Numbered from the stretch's first letter, positions 37,497-48,040 are shown. The stretch is DNA of 64,000 nucleotides from an uncultured Candidatus Bathyarchaeia archaeon (GCA_964608455.1 CAZSNM010000004.1:1623-65622); one strand, 5' to 3'. A program made the numbers and translations. Notes: generated by a model not told the origin, from the letters alone.

Positions 37497-37959
37497 AGCT
37501 TTAATTAACGGCGGTCAAGCTACAGCAGGTCCTCCTTTAGGACCTGCTTTAGGACCATTAGGCGTTAATGTAATGGCTGTAGTAAATAAAATAAATGAGT
37601 TAACTAAGGATTATGCTGGAATGAAGGTTCCAATAAAAATTTATATTGACATTGAAACAAAAGAGTTTGAGGTTGAAGTTGGCGTTCCAACAACCTCCGC
37701 TTTAATAATTAAAGAGCTTAAAGGTGAAAAAGGCTCTGGAAAACCTAATATAGAGAAAATTGGAGATTTAACTTTAGAACAAATTATTAAAATAGCTAAG
37801 ATTAAGGCTGGAAAAAGTTACGCTAAATCTTTAAGCGGGGTTGTAAAAGAAGTTTTAGGAACATGCGTAAGCATGGGTGTTACTGTAAATGGAAGAAACG
37901 TTAAGGAAATAATTAAGGAAATTAATGAAGGAAAATATAAAGATTTAATTGGAGATTAA
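37465..37959 (+). CDS. rpl11: 50S ribosomal protein L11
   Basis: GGQATAGPPLGPALGPLGVN. The start is uncertain; the TTG at 37474 would shorten the overlap with spt5. Confidence 0.95.
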   Translation: MEKLSEKKVIEALINGGQATAGPPLGPALGPLGVNVMAVVNKINELTKDYAGMKVPIKIYIDIETKEFEVEVGVPTTSALIIKELKGEKGSGKPNIEKIGDLTLEQIIKIAKIKAGKSYAKSLSGVVKEVLGTCVSMGVTVNGRNVKEIIKEINEGKYKDLIGD

Positions 37960-37976
37960 AATCTGGGGGAAAAGTT

Positions 37977-38639
37977 TTGCCTGTACCAAAAGAAAGCTTA
38001 ATTGAAGCTGTAAAAGCGTTAAGAAACTCACCTAAAAGAAATTTTCTTCAATCTATAGAATTGCTTATATCTCTTAAGGATGTTGATTTAAAAAAACCTG
38101 AATCTAAAATAAATGAGTTGATTGAGCTCCCCCATCCATTAACAAAACCTATTAAAATATGCGTTTTTGCAACTGGTGATTTAGCTTTAAAAGCTAAAAA
38201 AGCTGGAGCAGATTTGGTTTTAGGTAAAGAAGAGATAGAAAATTTAGGGAAAAATAAAAAGTTAGCAAGAAAAATAGCTGAGGAAAATGATCACTTTTTA
38301 GCTGAAGCTCCTTTAATGCCTTTAATAGGTAAAACTATAGGAGCCTTTTTAGGGCCTAGAGGTAAAATGCCCATTCCTATCCCTCCAACCGCTTCAATAG
38401 AAGAGTTAATTAATCGATATAGAAAATTAATTAGGGTTAGAATTAGGGATCAACCTGCAATTAGATGTAAAATTGCTATGGAAGATATGAAGGATGAAGA
38501 AATAACTGAAAATGCTGAAGCTGTGATTTCAGCTGTTGAGGGAAAACTAGAGAAAAAAATGAAGAATATTAAGTCTATAATGCTTAAAACAACAATGGGT
38601 TCACCTATAAAAGTTTTATTAAAAGAGGGTGAAGATTAA
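37977..38639 (+). CDS. rpl1: 50S ribosomal protein L1
   Basis: Family-typical sequence (FLGPRGKMP) and its position in the L11-L1-L10-L12 operon. Confidence 0.95.
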   Translation: MPVPKESLIEAVKALRNSPKRNFLQSIELLISLKDVDLKKPESKINELIELPHPLTKPIKICVFATGDLALKAKKAGADLVLGKEEIENLGKNKKLARKIAEENDHFLAEAPLMPLIGKTIGAFLGPRGKMPIPIPPTASIEELINRYRKLIRVRIRDQPAIRCKIAMEDMKDEEITENAEAVISAVEGKLEKKMKNIKSIMLKTTMGSPIKVLLKEGED

Positions 38640-38641
38640 AA

Positions 38642-39520
38642 ATGCAGGTTGAAATTCGCAAAAGCTATCCTAAAAGAAAAGTTGAAATGCTAAATAAGTT
38701 GATTAATTATCTTAATTCATATAAAGTTGTAGCTAAAGCTGATTTAATAGGTGTTAGAGCAACTCAAATTCAAGAGCTTAGAAAAAAACTTAGAGATAAA
38801 GTAGTGTTTTTTACAGCTAAAAATACTATTTTTAAAAAGGCAGCTGAAAAAGTAAATAAGAAAAATTTAATTAACTTTGCTAATTCACTTAAAGGTCCAA
38901 GCATATTTTTATTCACTAATATTTCACCCTTTTCATTAGCTATTCTTTTAAATAAAAATAAAGTAAAGGTTGCTGCTAAAGGCGGAGATATAGCTACTAA
39001 CGATATTATTGTTCCAGCTGGAAACACAGGTTTACCTCCTGGACCTATAATAAGCGAATTTAACAAGTTTAAAATTCCAACTAAGATTGAATCTGGAAGC
39101 ATATGGATTTCATTAGATACTGTGGTGGCTAAAAAGGGAGATGTTATACCTCCTGAATTAGCTTCCTTGCTTACGAGGCTTGGAATTAAACCTATAGAAG
39201 CTGGTTTATCGCTTAGTTTAGCTTATGAAGATGGATATGTTTTTACAGCTGATGATTTAACTATAGATTTAGAAAAAGTAAAGGGAGATATTATGCTTGG
39301 AGCTCAACAAGCATTAAGTTTAGCTATAAACGCAGTTTATTTAACGTCTGAAACTGTATCGCAAATATTGGCTAAAGCTTATCTTAACGCTTTAGCTTTA
39401 GCGGTTGAAACTGAATATCCTGAAAAAGAACCTTTATTAAATGCTTTAAAAACAGCTTATTTAAGAGCTTTAACTTTAGCTGAAAAAGCTAACTTTAAAT
39501 TTGAAGAAACGAAAAGTTGA
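38642..39520 (+). CDS. rpl10: 50S ribosomal protein L10 (acidic stalk protein P0)
   Basis: P0-type N-domain, and its operon position. Confidence 0.9.
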   Translation: MQVEIRKSYPKRKVEMLNKLINYLNSYKVVAKADLIGVRATQIQELRKKLRDKVVFFTAKNTIFKKAAEKVNKKNLINFANSLKGPSIFLFTNISPFSLAILLNKNKVKVAAKGGDIATNDIIVPAGNTGLPPGPIISEFNKFKIPTKIESGSIWISLDTVVAKKGDVIPPELASLLTRLGIKPIEAGLSLSLAYEDGYVFTADDLTIDLEKVKGDIMLGAQQALSLAINAVYLTSETVSQILAKAYLNALALAVETEYPEKEPLLNALKTAYLRALTLAEKANFKFEETKS

Positions 39521-39565
39521 AAAGAGAGGAAATTAAAATGAGAAAATGCATGGAGGTGCCTATTA

Positions 39566-39871
39566 GTGAAATATGTTTATGCAGCTCTCCTCTTGCATTC
39601 AGCTAAAAAACCTATAACTGAAGAAAATATGAAAAAGGTTTTGGCTGCAGCCGAAATAGAAATTGATGAAGCTAAAGTGAAATCTTTGATAGCCTCTTTA
39701 GCTGAAATAAATATTGATGAAGCTATTAAATCATCAACAAGTTTAATTGCTCAACCAGTTGTTGCAGCTCAACCATCAGCTGAAAAAGCTGAAAAGAAAG
39801 AGGAGAAACCTAAAAAAGAAGAGAAAAAAGAGGAGGAGGCTCTAGCTGGTTTAGGCGCGTTATTTGGTTAA
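39566..39871 (+). CDS. rpl12: 50S ribosomal stalk protein P1 (L12)
   Basis: (GTG)[11 protein letters not shown]-terminus, a Lys/Glu-rich hinge and the C-terminal GLGALFG. Confidence 0.9.
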   Translation: MKYVYAALLLHSAKKPITEENMKKVLAAAEIEIDEAKVKSLIASLAEINIDEAIKSSTSLIAQPVVAAQPSAEKAEKKEEKPKKEEKKEEEALAGLGALFG

Positions 39872-39946
39872 ACAAAACCTTAAATTTTTAACATTAATCA
39901 TTCTTACAATCCCTTTTTTATTTTTCTAGTTTAGTGGATGATTTAA

Positions 39947-42709
39947 ATGAATGTAAAAATTAGAGAAGATGAATTTTTAATTCCATTCTTTAAAGAAAAT
40001 GAATTTATTAGAAAGCAATGCAAAATTTGTGGAAGCTATTTTTGGACTCAAAATCCTGAAGCTGAAATTTGCGGTGACTCCCCCTGCCAAAATTATACCT
40101 TTATTAATAATCCTCCAACTAAAAAACATCTTTCCTTAAGGGAAATGAGACAGCTTTTTCTTTCTTTTTTTGAAAAAAATGGGCATGAAGTTATTAAGCC
40201 TTATCCGATTGTAGCTAGATGGAGAGAAGATGTTTATTTTGTTGGTGCTTCAATCTTTAATTTTCAACCATATGTAACTGATGGGGTTATTCCTCCACCA
40301 GCTAATCCATTGGTTGTTAGTCAACCATGCTTAAGATTTAATGATTTAGATAATGTTGGGCCAACAGCTGGAAGGCATTTAGTAATTTTTGAGATGGGGG
40401 GTGCTCATGCATTTAATTATCCAAATAAAAAAGTTTACTGGAAAGATGAAACAATAAAGTTTCATCACGAATTTTTAACTAAAGAATTAGGTGTTGATTC
40501 AAGTGCCGTAACATATAAAGAACATTTTTGGGTTGGTGGAGGAAATGCAGGTCCAGATGTTGAAGCTTGCGTTGCTGGATTAGAAATTTCAACTTTAGTT
40601 TTTATGGTTTACAAAATTATTAATGAAAATTTAATTGAATCACCAATTAAAACTGTTGATACTGGATATGGAATTGAAAGATGGACTTGGCTTTCTCAAG
40701 GGGCTGTAAGCGGCTTTCATGCAATTTACGATTCAATATTAAATAAAATTTTTGAATATGCAGGATTAAAACCTGATGAAAAATTGTTAGCTGAAAGCTC
40801 AAAACTCTCTGGAGAAATGAATATTGAAAGTTTAAAGGATAAAATTGAAGCTAGAAAAAAAGTTGCTGAAAAAACAGGTTTAAATTGGGTTGAACTTGAT
40901 AAAATTTTAACTCCAATAGAAGCAGCTTATGCTATAGCTGATCATACTAAAGCCTTAGCCTTTATAATTTCAGAGGGAGTTGTTCCATCAAATGTTGAAG
41001 AAGGTTATTTAGCTAGATTGCTTGTTAGAAGAACATATAGAATGCTTAAACTTTTAGGAATTGAAGATAAATTTCTTGACATTATAGATTTGCAAATTTC
41101 ATATTGGGGAAATGACTTTCCAAACCTTAAATTAATGAGAAATGAAATTCTAGAGATTCTTGAAGCTGAAAAAGAAAAATATGAAAAAACAGTTGAAAAA
41201 GGAGTTGAAACTGTTAAAAAGCTTTCTACAAATTTAAAAGCTAAAAAAATTTTTGAATTTCCTATAGAATATTTAATAGAGCTTTATGATTCTCATGGTT
41301 TAATTCCAGAAATAGTTAAGGAAATAGCTGAAAAAGAAGGGTTAAAAGTAAACATTCCAGGAAACTTCTTTAGCATGGTCGCAAGTAAACATTCTCAAGT
41401 TTTAAAACCTATTGAAGATCCTTTAACTAAGGTGTTAACTCTTAAATTTTCAAATTTACCTGAAACAAAACTTTTATATTATGAAGATGCTTACATGAAA
41501 AAGTTTAAAGCTAAAGTTTTAGCTGTGCAAGATAATCGATATATTGTTTTAGATCAAACATGTTTCTATCCAGAGGGAGGTGGTCAACCAGGAGACATAG
41601 GATTTTTAATTTATAATGGAAACAAAATTAACATTATTAATGCTATGAAAATAGGTAATGTTGTAGTTCATGTTGCTGAAAACGCTTTTTTAAATCCCGG
41701 TGATCTTGTTGAAGGAGAAATAAACTGGGAAAGAAGGAGAAGCTTAATGCTCCATCATACAGGGACTCATATTCTTTTAGGAGCAGCTCGTAAAGTTTTA
41801 GGAGAACATGTATGGCAGGCTGGAGCTCAAAAAGGAGTTGAAAGCAGCCGCTTGGATATTTCCCATCATAAAAAAATCACTGAAGAAGAAATGTTTGAAA
41901 TAGAAAGGGTAGCTTCAAAAGTAATTATGGAAAATATACCTGTTGAAATTGAATGGTTACCTAGAGATAAAGCTGAAAAAATTTATGGTTTTAGACTTTA
42001 TCAAGGAGGGGCCGTTCCAGGAAAAGAAATTAGAGTTGTTAAAATTGGAGATTTTGATGTTGAAGCTTGTGGTGGAACACATTGTAAAACAACCGGTGAA
42101 GTTGGATTACTTAAAATATTAAAAATTGATAGGCTTCAAGATGGTGTTGAAAGAATAATTTTTGCTTCAGGTCTTCAAGCTTTAAAACATATTCAAGAGA
42201 GAGAGATGAAACTATTTAAAGTTGCTAAAATTCTAGATTCTTCTTTAGAAATGGTTGATAAAACAGCTGAATCCTTAATAAAGAAATTTGAAGAAACAAA
42301 AAGAAATTTAGAAAAGCTTATTGAGATAACAGCGAAAATTGAAGCTAGAAAATTGTTAAATGAAGCTTTTGAAATTCAAGGTGTAAAAACAATAATTTTA
42401 AAGAAAACTTTAGAGGATGAAAATCAAATTTTAACTTTGATTAATGAAGTTTCAAAAGTTGATCCTAATTCTGTTTTAATAGTGGCTTTAGTTAAAGATT
42501 CTGCTAAAATATTTGTTTCAGTTGGAAAAAAAGCTTTAGATAAAGGTTTAAACGCAGCTGAGTTAGCTTCTACTTTAGCTAAAATTATAGGTGGTGGAGG
42601 CGGTGGTAAACCATATTTTGGACAGGGGGGCGGAACAAAACTTGATAAAATTGATGAAGCTTTATTCGTTGCTAAAAAACTTTTAGAGGAAAAATTAAAG
42701 AGGGAATAA
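39947..42709 (+). CDS. alaS: Alanine--tRNA ligase
   Basis: 920 aa with an archaeal-type N-terminal catalytic domain, the editing-domain motif HTGTHIL...CGGTHC, and a C-terminal DHHA1 domain with a GGGGG run. Confidence 0.95.
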   Translation: MNVKIREDEFLIPFFKENEFIRKQCKICGSYFWTQNPEAEICGDSPCQNYTFINNPPTKKHLSLREMRQLFLSFFEKNGHEVIKPYPIVARWREDVYFVGASIFNFQPYVTDGVIPPPANPLVVSQPCLRFNDLDNVGPTAGRHLVIFEMGGAHAFNYPNKKVYWKDETIKFHHEFLTKELGVDSSAVTYKEHFWVGGGNAGPDVEACVAGLEISTLVFMVYKIINENLIESPIKTVDTGYGIERWTWLSQGAVSGFHAIYDSILNKIFEYAGLKPDEKLLAESSKLSGEMNIESLKDKIEARKKVAEKTGLNWVELDKILTPIEAAYAIADHTKALAFIISEGVVPSNVEEGYLARLLVRRTYRMLKLLGIEDKFLDIIDLQISYWGNDFPNLKLMRNEILEILEAEKEKYEKTVEKGVETVKKLSTNLKAKKIFEFPIEYLIELYDSHGLIPEIVKEIAEKEGLKVNIPGNFFSMVASKHSQVLKPIEDPLTKVLTLKFSNLPETKLLYYEDAYMKKFKAKVLAVQDNRYIVLDQTCFYPEGGGQPGDIGFLIYNGNKINIINAMKIGNVVVHVAENAFLNPGDLVEGEINWERRRSLMLHHTGTHILLGAARKVLGEHVWQAGAQKGVESSRLDISHHKKITEEEMFEIERVASKVIMENIPVEIEWLPRDKAEKIYGFRLYQGGAVPGKEIRVVKIGDFDVEACGGTHCKTTGEVGLLKILKIDRLQDGVERIIFASGLQALKHIQEREMKLFKVAKILDSSLEMVDKTAESLIKKFEETKRNLEKLIEITAKIEARKLLNEAFEIQGVKTIILKKTLEDENQILTLINEVSKVDPNSVLIVALVKDSAKIFVSVGKKALDKGLNAAELASTLAKIIGGGGGGKPYFGQGGGTKLDKIDEALFVAKKLLEEKLKRE

Positions 42710-42711
42710 AA

Positions 42712-45621
42712 ATGTCTTTAAACTGGAAAGAAATAGAGGAAAAATGGAGAAATAAATGGAAAACTTATAACATTTTTAACACCGATCCAAATTATGAAAA
42801 ACCAAAATTTTTTATTACGGTTGCTTATCCATATCCAAACTCTCCTCAGCATATAGGTCACGGTAGAACATATACTATAACGGACGTTTATGCTAGATTC
42901 TTAAGAATGAAAGGTTTTAATGTTCTTTTTCCAATGGCTTTCCATTATACAGGCACACCAATATTAGCTATGGCTAAAAGAATAAAGGAAAACGACACCG
43001 AATTAATTGAAACATTCATTAATGTATATAAAGTTCAAAAGGATAAATTAAAAGATTTTACTGATCCAATAAAAATAGCGCAATACTTCCATAATGAAAT
43101 AAAGTTTGGAATGGAAGAAATGGGGTACTCTATAGATTGGCGCAGAGAATTCACAACTATAGATCCTCAATATAGTCGCTTTATAGAATGGCAATTTAAT
43201 AACCTTAAGGAAAAGGGGTTAATTACACAGGGAAGCCATCCTGTAGGTTGGTGTCCTAAATGTGGCAATCCAGTTGGACAACATGACACTATTGGTGATG
43301 TTGAACCAGAAATAGGAGAATTTACACTTCTAAAATTTTATTTAGATGGTAATATTCTTCCAGCAGCTACTTTAAGACCTGAAACAATTTTTGGAGTTAC
43401 AAATATATGGGTTAATCCTGAAGCAGATTATGTTAAAGCTGAAGTTGAAAATGAAGAATGGATTATAAGCAGAGAATGTGCTGAAAAATTAATATTTTTA
43501 AATAAAAAAGTTAATGTAAAAAATGTTTTTAAAGGAAAGGAACTTTTAGGAAAAACAGCTTTAAATCCAGCTACTGGAAAGGAAATTCCTATTCTTCCAG
43601 CTTTATTTGTTGATCCAAAAAATGCTACAGGAATAGTCATGTCTGTTCCAGCCCATGCACCCTATGATTATCAAGCTTTAGAAGATTTAAAAAATAATCC
43701 AAATGAATTAAATAAGTATGGATTGGATTTAAAACTTATCTTAAATATAAATCCAATTTCAATAATTAAAGTTGAAGGCTTCTCCAATATACCTGCTTTA
43801 GATGCTATAAAAAAGAGAGGAATAAAAAATCAAACTGATCCAAAACTTGATGAAGCCACCAGCGAAGTTTACACTAAAGAATTTCATTCAGGTATTATGA
43901 AAGAAAATACCATGCAATATGCTGGATTACCTGTACATGTAGCTAAAGAGAAAGTTAAATTAGAGTTTATTTTATCTAAAAAAGCTGATGTAATGCATGA
44001 GCTTCTTAATAGACCTATAATATGCAGATGTGGAACAGAATGCGTTGTAAAAATATTTGAAAATCAATGGTTTATAAACTATAGCGATCCTGAATGGAAA
44101 AAGCTAGCTAAAGAATGTTTATCGCAAATGAAAATTTTTCCAGAAGAGGTTCGACAGGAATTTGAATATACTATAGATTGGTTAAAAGAAAAAGCTTGCG
44201 CTAGAAAATCAGGTTTAGGAACTAAACTTCCTTGGGATAAAAATTGGATAATTGAAAGCCTATCTGATTCAGTTATCTATATGGCTTATTATACAATTGC
44301 TAAACATATAAAAAAATATCAAATAGAAGCTGAAAAGCTAACGAAAGAAGTTTTTGATTATATATTTTTAGGTAAAGGCGATGCAAATAAAATTGCTGAA
44401 TCATCAGGATTAAACGTTAACATTTTAAAAGAAATGAGGAGTGAATTTGAATATTTTTATCCATTGGATAGTCGGCATTCAGGAAGAGATTTAATTCCAA
44501 ATCACTTAACCTTCTTTATCTTTAATCATGCAGCCATATTTCCAAAAAGGCATTGGCCTAAACAAATAGTTGTAAATGGAAGCGTTTTGATGGAAGGCAA
44601 AAAAATGTCAAAATCTTTAGGTAACATTATTCCACTTAGAGAAGCTATAGCTAAATATGGAGCTGATGCCTTAAGAATATCAATTTTAATTACAGCAAGT
44701 CTTCTTCAAGATGTTGATTTTAGCACTGAATTAGCTAAATCAATAAAAGTTAAACTTGAAAAATTTTATCAATGGGCAATTGAAGTTTCAAAACTTAAAA
44801 ATAAAGCAGATGAAGGTAATTTAACCCTAGAAGATAAATGGCTTCTATCTAAATTGCATAAATCAATTCTATCTGTTACAAATGCTATGGAAAACCTTAA
44901 ATTTAGGGATGCTCTTCAAATAATTCTTTATGAATTAGATCAAAATATTCAATGGTATCTTAAACGTTTAAGTTGTAACCCAACTAATTTTAATGAAGCT
45001 GTTACAGCTAGGGTATTAAATGAGGTTCTTGAAGCTAGAGTTAAAATGTTGGCTCCCTTCGCACCATATATATGTGAAGAAATTTGGCATAAACTTGGAA
45101 ATGAAACGTTTATTTCAACAATTGAATGGCCTAAATTTGATAAATCAAAAATTGATGAAGTTTCTGAGGAAACTGTTAACTTTATAAACAATGTTTTAAA
45201 TGATATAAAAAATATTTTAAAAGCTACTGGAATTAAACCTAAATTAATAGTGTGTTATACATGCTCTGAATGGAAAAAGAAAATTTATAAAAAAGTTTTG
45301 GAATTAGCTTTAACTAAAAAAATAGAAATAAAGGATTTAATCAATCAACTCATTAAAGATAAACAAAAAGAAAAAGATAAAATAGTGTACTTAACAAAAA
45401 TAGTGAAAGACATTTCTATAATGCCTTTTGAATTAAAAGATAAAAGGTTAAAAACAATAAATATTAATGAATTTGAAATATTAAGGGAAAGCATACCGTT
45501 TTACGAAGCTGAATTTAACGCTAAAATTGAAGTATATAATGAAGAGGATGCGAAAAAATATGATCCTAAAAATAAAGCTCAACTAGCTCAACCATTTAGA
45601 CCATCAATATACATAGAGTAA
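42712..45621 (+). CDS. leuS: Leucine--tRNA ligase
   Basis: HIGH-type motif PQHIGHGRTY, KMSKS, a CP1 editing insertion, and 969 aa (archaeal type). Confidence 0.95.
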   Translation: MSLNWKEIEEKWRNKWKTYNIFNTDPNYEKPKFFITVAYPYPNSPQHIGHGRTYTITDVYARFLRMKGFNVLFPMAFHYTGTPILAMAKRIKENDTELIETFINVYKVQKDKLKDFTDPIKIAQYFHNEIKFGMEEMGYSIDWRREFTTIDPQYSRFIEWQFNNLKEKGLITQGSHPVGWCPKCGNPVGQHDTIGDVEPEIGEFTLLKFYLDGNILPAATLRPETIFGVTNIWVNPEADYVKAEVENEEWIISRECAEKLIFLNKKVNVKNVFKGKELLGKTALNPATGKEIPILPALFVDPKNATGIVMSVPAHAPYDYQALEDLKNNPNELNKYGLDLKLILNINPISIIKVEGFSNIPALDAIKKRGIKNQTDPKLDEATSEVYTKEFHSGIMKENTMQYAGLPVHVAKEKVKLEFILSKKADVMHELLNRPIICRCGTECVVKIFENQWFINYSDPEWKKLAKECLSQMKIFPEEVRQEFEYTIDWLKEKACARKSGLGTKLPWDKNWIIESLSDSVIYMAYYTIAKHIKKYQIEAEKLTKEVFDYIFLGKGDANKIAESSGLNVNILKEMRSEFEYFYPLDSRHSGRDLIPNHLTFFIFNHAAIFPKRHWPKQIVVNGSVLMEGKKMSKSLGNIIPLREAIAKYGADALRISILITASLLQDVDFSTELAKSIKVKLEKFYQWAIEVSKLKNKADEGNLTLEDKWLLSKLHKSILSVTNAMENLKFRDALQIILYELDQNIQWYLKRLSCNPTNFNEAVTARVLNEVLEARVKMLAPFAPYICEEIWHKLGNETFISTIEWPKFDKSKIDEVSEETVNFINNVLNDIKNILKATGIKPKLIVCYTCSEWKKKIYKKVLELALTKKIEIKDLINQLIKDKQKEKDKIVYLTKIVKDISIMPFELKDKRLKTININEFEILRESIPFYEAEFNAKIEVYNEEDAKKYDPKNKAQLAQPFRPSIYIE

Positions 45622-45641
45622 ACAAATGTTTTTTAAAAAAT

Positions 45642-46651
45642 TTGAAGCTTTTGAAATTTTCTCGTAGAAAATTTATTGCTCTAACAAGTTTTATAGGAGT
45701 AAGCTTATTGTTAAGCGGGTTTTATACATCTATAAGTTTAAGAAAAAATACTTCGCCTTTAAAACCTTTTGAGAAGAAAGCTAAAGTTTTTATCGCATCC
45801 ACCGAAAATAAACAAGCCTCTATTAAACAACTTTTAGAGAATTTTCATCTTAAAAATTATGATGGGGCTTCAGTAGCCTTAAAAGCAAATTTTAATAGCG
45901 CCGATTTTTCCCAGCATCCACAGATATAACGATTTTAACAACAGCTATAAAAACTTTAAAAATTCTGGAGTTAAAGAGATTGCTTTAGGTGAACGTAGTG
46001 GTATGGGTGCTATTAGAAAAATTCTTGAAGATAAAGGCGTATTTGATTTATCAAAAAAGCTTGAATTTAAAGTTGTTGTTTTAGATGAGCCTGATGAAGA
46101 GGGGAACTTCAAACCCCCTCTGATGGTATCCATTAGCTCAACGTTTTTCCAATAGTCAAAATGTTTTTGGAAACTGATAAAGTTGGTCAATTATGTTGCT
46201 TAAAACTCATAGATTTGGCACTCATTTTACAATGTCTTTAAAAAATTCTGTTGGATTAATAGCTAAGCAGCTTCCTAAAAGTTTATACAATTATATGGCG
46301 GGGCTTCATTCATCCCCCTTTCAAAGACTTATGATTGCTGAAATAAACGGATTTTACATAGTTATGGATGCTGAAAAAGCTTTCATTAAAGGTGGTCCAG
46401 AAAGGGGAGAAATTGTAAAACCTGCCCTTATTTTAGCTAGCAAAGATAGAGTAGCCATAGATGCTGTTGGAGTAGCTATATTAAGGCTTTATGGTTCAAC
46501 AAGAGAGGTTATGAAAGGTAAAATTTTTGAGCTTGAACAAATAAAAAGAGCAGTTGAATTAGGTGTAGGTGTAAATCCTCCTGAAAAAATAGGTTTGATT
46601 CCATTAGATGGATTTAGCCAAAAAATAAGCGAAAAGATAAAAACATTTTAA
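45642..46651 (+). pseudogene. DUF362-domain protein gene with a Tat-like signal, disrupted by several frameshifts and an in-frame TAG
   Basis: Collinear DUF362-like segments sit in different + frames. In order they read KANFNSAD / FPASTDITILTTAIKTLK / NSGVKEIALGERSGMG...KPP / SDGIH*LNVFPIVKMFLETDKVGQLCCLK / THRFGTHFTMSLKNSVG... The switches fall at homopolymers T5 45905-45909, A5 45958-45962, C5 46114-46118 and A4 46202-46205. A TAG stop lies at 46134-46136. Confidence 0.7.
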
Positions 46652-46730
46652 AAAATAAAAATTAAGAAAATTATGAAATTTTTAGAAAAATTTATATATT
46701 ACGTTAATGTAATTACGTTTAGGTAATAAA

Positions 46731-47162
46731 ATGAATTTAAAAATTCTTCTTACAAAGGATGGAAAAACAATTTTTGAGTTGCCTTTAACTCCCACTCTTT
46801 GGTCTTGCAAAAAACTTAAAAAAGAACTTCAAGAGTTAGATTTTGAGTATTTTTTAAAGCTTTTTCATGCATTATCTAATATTTATCGTTTAAAAATGAT
46901 GATGAAATTTTTTGAAGATTATGGTTTAATGCTTAGTTTTTCAGACTTCATGAAGGAATTTAATCTAAATCCGAAGGTGGTTTCGGAAAACATAAAGAAA
47001 CTTCAAGAATGCAATTTATTAGAGAAATCTAAAGATGGAAAATATAAATGCTCAAAAATTGGAGAGATAGAATTTCTATTAATCAGTATAGCTTTAAACC
47101 GTATTCTTAAGTTTATTTATAAAAATAATCTTATGAGAGGTGAAAAATTTGGTTTTAAATAA
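46731..47162 (+). CDS. ArsR-like winged-helix transcriptional regulator (tentative)
   Basis: LFHALSNIYRLKMMMKF...FSDFMKEFNLNPKVVSENIKKLQECNLLEK resembles the ArsR/SmtB recognition-helix and wing layout. Confidence 0.4.
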   Translation: MNLKILLTKDGKTIFELPLTPTLWSCKKLKKELQELDFEYFLKLFHALSNIYRLKMMMKFFEDYGLMLSFSDFMKEFNLNPKVVSENIKKLQECNLLEKSKDGKYKCSKIGEIEFLLISIALNRILKFIYKNNLMRGEKFGFK

Positions 47163-47340
47163 GTTAAATATTAAAGAATTCAAAATACCGAATGAAAAAT
47201 TATTAAAACTTAACTTTAACACTTGTGTTAATTGGAAACTTGTTAAAATAAATACATCATTAAATGCATTTAGGCTTATTGAAGCTCCTCGACGCCCCAG
47301 AAGATTAAGAAGACCATTTAAACTTATAAGTGATGGTTAA
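47140..47340 (+). CDS. Small ORF (66 aa) with a basic C-terminus; coding status uncertain
   Basis: GTG start. Overlaps both neighbours (23 nt and 11 nt) on the same strand. The C-terminus reads APRRPRRLRRPFK. No recognisable family. Confidence 0.2.
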   Translation: MKNLVLNKLNIKEFKIPNEKLLKLNFNTCVNWKLVKINTSLNAFRLIEAPRRPRRLRRPFKLISDG

Positions 47341-48040
47341 AATGAAAACTGAAATTCTAGATGTTGATTATACAAATTACATTAATATCCTTGGTACTGC
47401 GCATTTTACTCAAAGAAGCATTATTGAAGCATATCAAGCTGTAAAAAATACAGGAACAAAAGATTTAGCTATAGAATTGGATGAAAAACGTTTTCGTACC
47501 CTTAATAGACTTTGCTTTTTCTGTTCAAAAAGCTTTTGCTCCTTTAAATGTGAATTTATTACAGCTGCAGAAGCTTTAGGAAATATTGATGCAAACATAT
47601 GGTTAATCGATATGTCTGAAGAAGACATGTTGTATAGAATCAAGCGGTTAATCCCATCTATTTCTCATTCTGAATTAATATATGCATTAACTATGATTAA
47701 AGATGAAGAGTTGCCATGGCTTTGGGAAAAAGGTTTTAAAACTGAAGCGCTTAATAGATCAATTAAAAAACTTGAATCGCTCCGAAAAATATTTCCTCAA
47801 ATATGGAGAGTTTTAATTGAAGAAAGAAATGCTTTAATGGCTGCAAGATTAGCGAATATAATTTCAAATATGATAGAGCATGGAGAAAAACCCAATGTTT
47901 TAGCTTTAATGGGGGCAGCTCATGTTAATGATGTAAAAAAGTTTTTGAAAAACCCTAAGCTAATCCCAATAACCCTTAAAAGGCTTGAATTAAATTATTC
48001 TCCACCAACTTTAATAAGAAAAATTAAGCTTCAAAATTAA
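47330..48040 (+). CDS. TraB/PrgY (GumN-like) family protein
   Basis: ILGTAHFTQRS, EERNALMAARL and LMGAAHVNDV match the three conserved TraB-family blocks. Confidence 0.6.
   Translation: MMVKMKTEILDVDYTNYINILGTAHFTQRSIIEAYQAVKNTGTKDLAIELDEKRFRTLNRLCFFCSKSFCSFKCEFITAAEALGNIDANIWLIDMSEEDMLYRIKRLIPSISHSELIYALTMIKDEELPWLWEKGFKTEALNRSIKKLESLRKIFPQIWRVLIEERNALMAARLANIISNMIEHGEKPNVLALMGAAHVNDVKKFLKNPKLIPITLKRLELNYSPPTLIRKIKLQN

Noticed and set aside
38770-39102. 110-aa antisense ORF inside the L10/P0 gene
   Set aside because: The same reasoning applies, and I recognise no motif in it.
46134-46136. In-frame TAG in the DUF362 gene read as a pyrrolysine codon
   Set aside because: The gene also carries several frameshifts. 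There are no pyl genes or methylamine methyltransferase context in the window. A nonsense mutation in a decaying gene is the simpler reading.
45945-46190. 81-aa minus-strand ORF from the track
   Set aside because: It lies antisense to the central part of the DUF362 pseudogene, whose + strand translation gives recognisable family sequence. It is an artefact of the open antisense frame.
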